31,883 nt of DNA from a virus (taxonomy: Duplodnaviria; Caudoviricetes). Location: the IMG/VR virus record IMGVR_UViG_3300033562_000310, positions 1 to 31,883 of that record. The stretch is one strand, 5' to 3'. The position numbers and the translations under genes are program-made. Below the pieces are notes generated by a model, which made no database searches, was not told the DNA's origin, and saw only the letters and a program-made list of their open reading frames with translations. Positions 25,207 to 31,883 of the stretch are shown one piece after another (within the stretch, counting starts at the first letter, position 1; every line of letters begins with the position of its first letter).

Positions 25207-25542
25207 ATGATAAACAAAGCTATCGCAAAGATAACCGAAGAGATGATGCAGATTAATCATCCGTTTGCAGTGATGGTTGAAGAACATTTGACAAAAATTT
25301 GTGACAACAATGGAGTTGCTCAATTGCTTCTCAACCCCCAAAAGTCACTTAAAGAATTCTGCAAGCAGCAAGAGGAAGATATGAGAAAAAAAGCGGAAAA
25401 ACTCGGCACCGGTGCTCAGTGTGCAGGGCTTTCAGATATGGAATTTTTGCAAAGAGCAGAGGAATATTACGGCATAAAGATTGACTCGGACGGAAATGTT
25501 CACACGAAGTTAAATTTAATCGACATATCCAGCTTTTTATAG
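25207..25542 (+). CDS. PcfK-like / AcrIIA9-family-like protein
   Basis: KAIAKI..EM...EHL...KSL......M...A.K.......LSD.E....A.EYY; directly upstream of a PcfJ-like gene, the usual pairing. Confidence 0.55.
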   Translation: MINKAIAKITEEMMQINHPFAVMVEEHLTKICDNNGVAQLLLNPQKSLKEFCKQQEEDMRKKAEKLGTGAQCAGLSDMEFLQRAEEYYGIKIDSDGNVHTKLNLIDISSFL

Positions 25543-27111
25543 GTGGCCGATGTGGAAATACCAAAGGTAGTACAAGAGCTTCCTGACGCACCAAAAGGCG
25601 TTAGGGATTGGATACTCAAGGATATTGTTACCGGAAGATATATGATTTACTCAACCAAGGAAGACAGGGCGGTATGCACTTACTGTGGAAAGGTATTTGT
25701 ACCATCCAGAGGTGACCTTGTTCCGGTTCCTAGGAACAACGAAAAAGTGACGTGCCCGTGCTGCAACGCCAAGGCAACATACAAAAGCAAAGGAATTGGC
25801 AGAAGCAATTTAACTGAAATGACGAGAGTGATGGTTTTTGTCAAAAGAGGGAAAAGCATCTTCGCAACAGTATCGGAAATTGACATTTCATTTGAAAACG
25901 AAAAACCTAAAATATCGAAATGGATAGCCGGTGTTTATAAATTCAACAGCAAAGAGCAAATATATTATACGCACCGGGCCGGGTGGTACTCGGAAGAATC
26001 GTGGGTTCAAATGAAAAGCATCAGATGCCCAAGAGTTACAAATGGATTTTTCGGGAGCAAAAGGCAAGACCTGCATATATACAACAAGAATTTTGACCGC
26101 ATATTTAATTATTCAGACCTCAAATATGCAGACGTTGAAGATGTATATAGGCACAAAGGGCTTACGGGCGAACAACTCATACGGTACATACATCTGAGTC
26201 TGAAATTCCTTTCGATTGAGATATTAAGAAAGTCCGGATTTTGGCACCTGGTGTACGAAAAAATAATTGAAGCCGGTGGATCAGGAGCATTGAACTGGAA
26301 AGCAACAGAACACAAAAAAATATTTAACTTAAATCGTTACCAAATAAAAGAGGTAAGAGATGCAAATTTGAATCTTATGGAACTGGAAATATATAAGCGA
26401 CAAATAAAGAAAGGGGAGCCAGTAAGCCCCGAACAATCGAAGTTGATCAAGAGATACTACCCACCGCATAATGGCAAAGGAATTGAGGATTTCACAACGT
26501 TGTCGAGAGTATCATCTTACATACTTAACCAAAACAAGAAAGAGCAAGGTGGGAATCGCGTGAACAGCCTGAACGATTACCTAGACTACATGAACGAATG
26601 CGAAAAACTTGGATACAACCTGGACGAAAAGAAAACAAAGTTTCCCAAGTACTTTTCCGAAACGCACATTGAAACATCAAAACGCGTTCGTGAAATGCGG
26701 GAAGAAGAGGATCGTATTCGTATGTGTCAAGAGGAAGAGAATCAAAAGGAAGACTTCGAAAAAACCCAACAAAAGTTGACCGGAATGAATGAGCCATATA
26801 TAGCAGACGGATTAATGATGATTCTGGCAGCAAGCCCAGCGGAATTAAGAGCAGAAGGACGAAGCCTAGGCCATTGTGTTGGAGGATATGCCAGAAAAGT
26901 CACCCGGGGAGAAAGTGCAATACTGTTTGTAAGAACGGTTGCTGATCCCAGCAAATCATTTTACACCCTTGAACTCACCAGGGATAAAACCATCGCCCAG
27001 TGTAGAGGAAACGGGAACTGCGTTAAAACTCCGGAGGTTGAAGCCTTCGTGAACAAATGGTTTGAAGAAGTTATTTTAAATAAAAAAGTCAAGAAAGAGA
27101 AGGTAGCATAA
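25543..27111 (+). CDS. PcfJ-like domain protein
   Basis: N-terminal CTYC/CPCC; C-terminal DYLDY...C..LGY......FPK...H and EL..EG..LGHCVGGY...ILFVR...P...FYTLE....Q.RG..N. Confidence 0.88.
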   Translation: MADVEIPKVVQELPDAPKGVRDWILKDIVTGRYMIYSTKEDRAVCTYCGKVFVPSRGDLVPVPRNNEKVTCPCCNAKATYKSKGIGRSNLTEMTRVMVFVKRGKSIFATVSEIDISFENEKPKISKWIAGVYKFNSKEQIYYTHRAGWYSEESWVQMKSIRCPRVTNGFFGSKRQDLHIYNKNFDRIFNYSDLKYADVEDVYRHKGLTGEQLIRYIHLSLKFLSIEILRKSGFWHLVYEKIIEAGGSGALNWKATEHKKIFNLNRYQIKEVRDANLNLMELEIYKRQIKKGEPVSPEQSKLIKRYYPPHNGKGIEDFTTLSRVSSYILNQNKKEQGGNRVNSLNDYLDYMNECEKLGYNLDEKKTKFPKYFSETHIETSKRVREMREEEDRIRMCQEEENQKEDFEKTQQKLTGMNEPYIADGLMMILAASPAELRAEGRSLGHCVGGYARKVTRGESAILFVRTVADPSKSFYTLELTRDKTIAQCRGNGNCVKTPEVEAFVNKWFEEVILNKKVKKEKVA

Positions 27112-28107
27112 ATGGAAAACATTTACGAAGTAGCAGAGATTAAGACAGCCGATACCCTGGCAATGAGAATCAGAATCACCGTCAGGAACACCCAAAAAAT
27201 CATGCTAGATGCAGCCATAAGCATAGGCCAGGATTTGATTGATGCGAAAGAATTAGTCGAGCATGGAGAATGGGAAAACTGGCTTGAAAACAGTGTGGGT
27301 TTCTCATCATCAAGTGCCGTAAAATACATGAAAATATCCCGTGAATATAGCAACATTTCAAAAACGGAATTGATTACGGATTTGAGTTATACCAAAGCTT
27401 TGAAGCTTTTAGCAGTTCCGGAAGAAGCCCGAGAAGAGTTCATTGAAAACAACAATGTTGAGGACATGACCGTTAAGGAATTAGAGGCAAAAATAGCCCA
27501 AATGAAGACGGAAAACGAAAGCCTTGAACATAACATCCAAAACCTTAAAACGGACCTGGATAAGACCAATTTAGAGATGCAGAGCCTTGCTGAAAAAGTC
27601 AAAGAAGCAGAGGAAGAATTGAGCAAAATCGAAACAGTTGATGGTCTTTCGGATGAAGCTTTGCAAGAGATTAGAGAGAAGCAGGAAGAGATTGACAAAC
27701 TGCTTTCGGATCTGGACAAAAGCAAGCAAGCAAAATCAAAACTGGAAGAAAAGATTTCCAGGTCTGCTGAAGAAAACGAAAAAATGATTGAATCCGCCAA
27801 ATCGGCAGCTACGGCTGAAGCCTTATCCAAAATTGAAGAAGCTAAAGCCCAGGCCCGGAAGGAAGTGGAATCCGAGTTGCAAGACGCAAAGGCCAATGTT
27901 GAAAAACTATCAAAGGAACTTGCCGCTGCCGGAAACGAAGATGTACTAAAAATCAAACTCAAAGTTGAAGACATTCAGCGGATTTATGAAAGCTGTATCG
28001 CGACAATGTCCAAAATGTCAACTGGTTACGATGATGGACTTGGCGGTAAAATGCACGCCTACCTTAGAGCAGTGCTCGGTCAACTGATTGAAAGGATGGA
28101 TGACTAA
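27112..28107 (+). CDS. DUF3102 domain coiled-coil protein
   Basis: IGQDLIDAKELVEHGEWENWL...V.FS.S.A.KYM.I..EY, LSYTKAL.LLAVP...REEF, MTVKEL, then a long coiled coil. Confidence 0.85.
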   Translation: MENIYEVAEIKTADTLAMRIRITVRNTQKIMLDAAISIGQDLIDAKELVEHGEWENWLENSVGFSSSSAVKYMKISREYSNISKTELITDLSYTKALKLLAVPEEAREEFIENNNVEDMTVKELEAKIAQMKTENESLEHNIQNLKTDLDKTNLEMQSLAEKVKEAEEELSKIETVDGLSDEALQEIREKQEEIDKLLSDLDKSKQAKSKLEEKISRSAEENEKMIESAKSAATAEALSKIEEAKAQARKEVESELQDAKANVEKLSKELAAAGNEDVLKIKLKVEDIQRIYESCIATMSKMSTGYDDGLGGKMHAYLRAVLGQLIERMDD

Positions 28108-28258
28108 TTTGGACAACTGGGAAAAAATTGCAGAAAAAGAAGGTTGTATTTACTGTAAAAAAGAAGACACCTGGTGCGCATATACTAATCAAAGCACCGG
28201 CGAGTGCGACCACGAAAGCTGTCCAAGTGACGGGAAGGAAGTGATGGATAATGGCTGA
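28100..28258 (+). CDS. 52-aa Cys-rich hypothetical protein
   Basis: MTNLDNWEKIAEKEGCIYCKKEDTWCAYTNQSTGECDHESCPSDGKEVMDNG*; RBS AAAGGA; overlaps both neighbours, suggesting translational coupling. Not in the ORF track. Confidence 0.6.
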   Translation: MTNLDNWEKIAEKEGCIYCKKEDTWCAYTNQSTGECDHESCPSDGKEVMDNG

Positions 28259-29057
28259 TGTGAAATGGATAAAAATAGTGACGGATGTTTTCGATGATGA
28301 AAAGATACTGCTCATAGAAGGAATGCCCGACGCCGACAGCTTGATTGTGATTTGGTTTAAACTTTTGTGTTTAGCAGGACGGCAAAACAATTCCGGGGTG
28401 TTTATGATGAATGGATCAATTCCATATACGGATGAAATGTTATCAATAATATTTAGGCGCCCAGTAAATACAGTTAGACTAGCTCTTAATATCTTTGAAA
28501 AATATGGAATGATTGAGATATTAAACGGAACAATTACAATTCCGAATTGGGATAAGCACCAAAATATTGAAGGGCTGGAAAAGGTAAGAGAACAAACGAA
28601 ATCAAGGGTTTCAGCGCACAGACGTAAGCAGTTGGGTTTGTGTAACGCTACTGTAACGGAGTGTAACGTTACAAGTAACGTTACAGTAACGCAATGTAAC
28701 GCAATAGAAGAGAATAGAGAAGAAGAGATAAGAGAAGATAAGAAAAGAGTAATAAAAGGAAACCCACCCTACCCTTTAGCTGAATTTAATTTTTCCTCCG
28801 ATATGGAAATGAAAATCAAAGAATGGCTGATATATAAAACGGAAAAGAAAGATAAGTATGAATGCACTGGTTTTAAAAATCTTTTGACAGTTATTAAACG
28901 AAAATCTGAACAGTACTCAGACGAAGCCGTTATTAAATTGATTGATGACTGTATGTCAAACAACTGGAAGGGAATTATTTGGGAGCGGATTGAAAAAACA
29001 AAATCGGCGGTGGGTGTGTCAACTGCTTCGTGGGATTTCAATGAGCTGGAGGTGTAA
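28251..29057 (+). CDS. replisome organizer / replication initiator
   Basis: VKWIKI.TD.FDDEKI.LIE.MPDAD...IWFKLLCLAG.QN...IPNW.KHQ N-terminal domain; C-terminal W..YK...NNWKGI. Confidence 0.9.
   Translation: MADVKWIKIVTDVFDDEKILLIEGMPDADSLIVIWFKLLCLAGRQNNSGVFMMNGSIPYTDEMLSIIFRRPVNTVRLALNIFEKYGMIEILNGTITIPNWDKHQNIEGLEKVREQTKSRVSAHRRKQLGLCNATVTECNVTSNVTVTQCNAIEENREEEIREDKKRVIKGNPPYPLAEFNFSSDMEMKIKEWLIYKTEKKDKYECTGFKNLLTVIKRKSEQYSDEAVIKLIDDCMSNNWKGIIWERIEKTKSAVGVSTASWDFNELEV
28641..28760. repeat. iteron array and purine tract; putative replication origin
   Basis: Six GTAACG copies (28642, 28653, 28663, 28675, 28686, 28696), two within the palindrome GTAACGTTAC, then an A/G-rich tract, all inside the initiator gene. 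Confidence 0.75.
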
Positions 29058-29582
29058 ATGGAGATTAAAGAAACCCAACAATTATTGTCAATATTAAAAA
29101 TGGCTTATCCCAATGCATATAAGTCAATGAGCAAAGAGGATGCCATAGAAACCGTTAAATTGTATTATGACTTTTTCGGAGAGCATCAGACACCAGTTGT
29201 TGTTCAAGCATTAAAAAATTATATAAAAAGTAATGTGTACCCTCCCTCAGTTGCTGGATTAATCAAAGAAATTGAGCTGTTGACGAACAAAGGAAACACT
29301 TCAGAGGAACTCTGGAGTAGGGTTGCGAAGGCCGTGGGAAACTCGCTGTATAATTCTGCTGAAGAATTCAACAAGCTGCCAATGTCTTGCCAACGGTGGC
29401 TCGGTAGCCCTAAAGGATTAAAAGACCTGGGAATGACAGCGGCTGAAGTTTTAAATACAGTAGTAAGAGGCCAGTTCATTAAAACGATAAATGAAATCAA
29501 GGCCAGCGAAAAAGCTCAAAGCAGCATGCCTCTGGAATTAAAAGAATTAATCTCAAAAGAAGCATTTAAAATGCTCGAGTAA
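29058..29582 (+). CDS. replicative helicase loader/inhibitor (SPP1 G39P-like)
   Basis: ET..LL.IL..AYP..Y...V.QAL..YI....YPPSVA.L...EELW..V.KA; follows the initiator. Confidence 0.8.
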   Translation: MEIKETQQLLSILKMAYPNAYKSMSKEDAIETVKLYYDFFGEHQTPVVVQALKNYIKSNVYPPSVAGLIKEIELLTNKGNTSEELWSRVAKAVGNSLYNSAEEFNKLPMSCQRWLGSPKGLKDLGMTAAEVLNTVVRGQFIKTINEIKASEKAQSSMPLELKELISKEAFKMLE

Positions 29583-29598
29583 AGAAAGGAACAAATAT

Positions 29599-29982
29599 AT
29601 GAATAGTGTAGTACTGATTGGTCGTCTCACTAGAGATCCTGAGGTGAGATATACCGCCGAAACTCAGTTGGCAGTGGCAAAGTTTTCACTGGCCATTGAT
29701 GATGGATATGGAGAAAAGAAAAAAACAAACTTCCCAAGCATTGTTGCTTTTGGAAAAACGGCTGAAAGCTGTGAAAAGTATCTTTCAAAGGGGAAGCTGA
29801 CATGTGTTCAGGGAAAACTGCAGACAGGTAGTTATAAAAATAAAGAAGGCGCTACAGTTTATACAACAGATGTTGTTGCCGACAGAGTGGAATTCCTCGA
29901 ATGGGGAGAAAAGAAGGAAGGGCAAATAAATTCTGCGCCAGAGGGGTTCACTGCTACAGACGATGATGATGTTCTGTTTTGA
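29599..29982 (+). CDS. ssb: single-stranded DNA-binding protein
   Basis: MNSVVLIGRLTRDPEVRY...AFGKTAE...KG...V.G.LQTGSY...DVVADRVEFL; acidic tail DDDDVLF. Confidence 0.97.
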   Translation: MNSVVLIGRLTRDPEVRYTAETQLAVAKFSLAIDDGYGEKKKTNFPSIVAFGKTAESCEKYLSKGKLTCVQGKLQTGSYKNKEGATVYTTDVVADRVEFLEWGEKKEGQINSAPEGFTATDDDDVLF

Positions 29983-30051
29983 TTGATAGATAGTAAAACT
30001 CAATAGTTGGGGAACATTGAAGTTATAACTGAAAAACAAAAGGGGGAAATT

Positions 30052-31038
30052 ATGAAGAGATTATACGTTACAGAAGAAAAGTGGGACATGGTTAATGCTG
30101 AATCCAAGGAATTACTAAAAGAATTCATGCTGACATTAAGGTCAGAAGGTAGAAGCAATGATACAAAGAAAGCATACCTGGGAAACATTAAGAGATTTCT
30201 TGTATATGCGTTGGACAATTTAGAAAATAAATGCATTTTAGAGATAACAAGAAAGGAGTTTAGAACATATGGTAGATATCTTGTAGAGGATTTAGGACTT
30301 TCTACATCAACACATAATGATTATATCTCATCGGTAAGAAGCTTCCTAGATCGCCTAGAAGAAGATGAGGATGTTGAATATAATTCCAATACTGCCAGAA
30401 AAGTAAAAAGCCTTACAATCGAAAGAGTTAGAGACATTGTGTTTTTGACGGATGATCAGGTGACGATGTTATACAACGAATTAATTCGTACTAAAAAATA
30501 TCAGATGGCACTGTACTTGTCGATGTCATACGATTCAACGGGAAGAAGAAGTGAGATCATGCAGGTAAAGAAGTCAGGATTTTACGAGGCTGCTCGAAAC
30601 AGTACCAACCAGGTTATGAAGAAGGGCAGGAAAAAGGAAGCACTTGTATATTTTGAGAGAACTAAAGAAGCGGCTTCGCTGTGGCTTAAACAAAGGCCGG
30701 ATGATGATGTTGATTCAATGTGGGTTAGGGATACAGAAGATGGAGTTGTGGCTAGGTCAATTTCATCACCAGCCTCATGGTGCCTGCAGATGAGCCTGAT
30801 ATTGTCAGCATTGCAAGGCAAGAAAATCAAATTTACACCGCATTGTTTAAGACATAGCGCTATTGAAAATTTGAGCGAAGGAACGCATTACCGGTGTGAA
30901 GTTAGAAGGATACCGTTTGAAATGAAAGTGGTGAGTAATTTGGCATCCCATAAGACCGTGGACATGACGAACAGCTACAAGAAAGACCATGGAATGAGGG
31001 ATGTTGCCGATGCGTTTGGAATAAACCTGGCAATTTAA
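30052..31038 (+). CDS. third tyrosine recombinase (SAM-like N-domain plus catalytic domain)
   Basis: STGRRSEI (R), KKGRK (K), HCLRHS (HxxR), LASHK (H), TNSY (Y). ATG 30052 after AAGGGGG. Confidence 0.88.
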   Translation: MKRLYVTEEKWDMVNAESKELLKEFMLTLRSEGRSNDTKKAYLGNIKRFLVYALDNLENKCILEITRKEFRTYGRYLVEDLGLSTSTHNDYISSVRSFLDRLEEDEDVEYNSNTARKVKSLTIERVRDIVFLTDDQVTMLYNELIRTKKYQMALYLSMSYDSTGRRSEIMQVKKSGFYEAARNSTNQVMKKGRKKEALVYFERTKEAASLWLKQRPDDDVDSMWVRDTEDGVVARSISSPASWCLQMSLILSALQGKKIKFTPHCLRHSAIENLSEGTHYRCEVRRIPFEMKVVSNLASHKTVDMTNSYKKDHGMRDVADAFGINLAI

Positions 31039-31060
31039 CGCCAGAGAAAAGGAGAAAAAA

Positions 31061-31276
31061 TTGAGATATAATAACGTAAGCTTTTTATTTGAAGACCGCA
31101 AAGTTGACGAAAACGGAGACTGCCAAAGGATACAAGCCGCTGAACCTAGAGTGATTTTTAGAGGTGATTTGGCCGCAAAGAAAATGCTGACCCAAGCAAA
31201 AGAAAAGTCGAAGGAAGACTTGGATCCCGCATGGATGTTTGATAATGCCGTTGTGATTAAGGATGAAAGGAAATAA
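31061..31276 (+). CDS. hypothetical protein
   Basis: RBS AAGGAG with TTG start; operonic spacing. Confidence 0.6.
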   Translation: MRYNNVSFLFEDRKVDENGDCQRIQAAEPRVIFRGDLAAKKMLTQAKEKSKEDLDPAWMFDNAVVIKDERK

Positions 31277-31279
31277 AAA

Positions 31280-31572
31280 ATGAAATATGAAATAAGAAAT
31301 GTGATGGTTAGCTGCAGCGAAGGAATGTCCAAGGAAGAATGCGAAAAGTACATTGAGATAATAGAAAGTAAGAAAAAAGAAAACTGGCCACGCTGGAGGT
31401 GTTTATAGATGGAGAAGATGTGGATTTGGATTTTTCATACGCAGCCGTACCGTTTGAAAGAATCAGAAGGATCACTGGTTATCTGACCGGAGATATGTCT
31501 ACTTGGAACGAAGGCAAAAAATCCGAAGAAAAAGACAGAGTTAAACACGATAGTTGTATTAAGAAACTTTAG
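31280..31572 (+). CDS. stand-alone NrdD (class III RNR) glycyl-radical domain protein, about 97 aa, split by a -1 frameshift
   Basis: Frame 0 from ATG 31280 stops at 31408. The -1 frame, open 31372-31572, reads RKLATLEVFIDGEDVDLDFSYAAVPFERIRRITGYLTGDMSTWNEGKKSEEKDRVKHDSCIKKL*, containing the NrdD R-I-T-G-Y-L...N.GK..E..DR.KH signature. An A6 run lies at 31373-31378. Confidence 0.8.
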
Positions 31573-31587
31573 GCGGAGGGCATTGAA

Positions 31588-31869
31588 ATGTTAAAGATAC
31601 GTGACGGATATTACCAAGATAATTTGGTCAATTATGAATGCGAAAGCTGCTCAAAGAGTTTTATTGTTGGTGAGGAGTTAGTTAAAGACTGTAGCATTGA
31701 GATTGTGTGTCCATATTGCAGGTGCGGATATGTCATGAAGAAAAGTTGGACAGAAGATCACATGCTTGAAGAAATGAGCCTGGGGTGTGTCGGAATTTAT
31801 TTTGAAAGAGAAGAACCAGCATCCCCATTTAAAGAAATGAAATGTGTTGATGGGGTCTGGGAAGTTTGA
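31588..31869 (+). CDS. zinc-ribbon hypothetical protein
   Basis: YECESC..SF...CPYC; RBS GGAGG. Confidence 0.65.
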   Translation: MLKIRDGYYQDNLVNYECESCSKSFIVGEELVKDCSIEIVCPYCRCGYVMKKSWTEDHMLEEMSLGCVGIYFEREEPASPFKEMKCVDGVWEV

Positions 31870-31883
31870 AGAAATAGTTGGAG

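Larger units (their letters stand above)
1..31883. mobile_element. temperate siphovirus-type phage, near-complete and circularly permuted
   Basis: All core modules are present and I see no host genes. Lysis runs into the att region and integrase without a break, and both window ends fall in the early accessory region. Confidence 0.93.

Noticed and set aside
703-31353. Many minus-strand ORFs opposite structural and replication genes (e.g. 703..1281, 10500..10946, 27387..27974, 30847..31353)
   Set aside because: They are antisense shadows of well-supported plus-strand genes, with Ser/Phe/Leu-rich composition and no recognisable motifs.
31373-31379. Canonical A_AAA_AAG -1 frameshift heptamer
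   Set aside because: AAAAAAG is present but phased AAA AAA G in the upstream ORF, not A AAA AAG, so canonical tandem slippage is not supported. The mechanism is left open.
1-31883. Terminal overlap proving a complete circular genome
   Set aside because: I see no direct repeat between the two ends, and the first ORF lacks its start, so some sequence probably lies outside the window.

Overview
The window is most of a temperate, HK97-fold, long-tailed (siphovirus-type) phage genome from a low-GC Firmicute, probably a clostridial anaerobe. It is circularly permuted. Order: early accessory genes (DNA methyltransferase, MazG-like, DUF4406-like), RinA/ArpU-type late activator and late promoter, a small tyrosine recombinase with a structured AT-rich site region, HNH/cos/terminase, head, tail, two receptor-binding proteins, lysis, an uninterrupted attP-like region, integrase, CI/Cro switch, antirepressor, PcfK/PcfJ-like pair, replication genes, a third tyrosine recombinase and more small genes. 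Four observations stand out. (1) The Mtd-like tail fibre ends in an adenine-depleted segment resembling the variable region (VR) of a diversity-generating retroelement (DGR), but I found no template repeat (TR), reverse transcriptase (RT) or Avd in the window, and the downstream hairpin looks cut in half. (2) An ORF missing from the supplied track, split by a 1-nt frameshift, encodes a stand-alone glycyl-radical C-terminal domain of class III ribonucleotide reductase, a candidate NrdD 'spare part'. (3) There are three tyrosine recombinases, and two recombinase-adjacent regions share a 22-bp quasi-palindrome. (4) Three terminator-like hairpins share the apex GAGAAATC, one lying just after the late promoter. 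All family assignments come from motif recognition by eye; no database searches were run.
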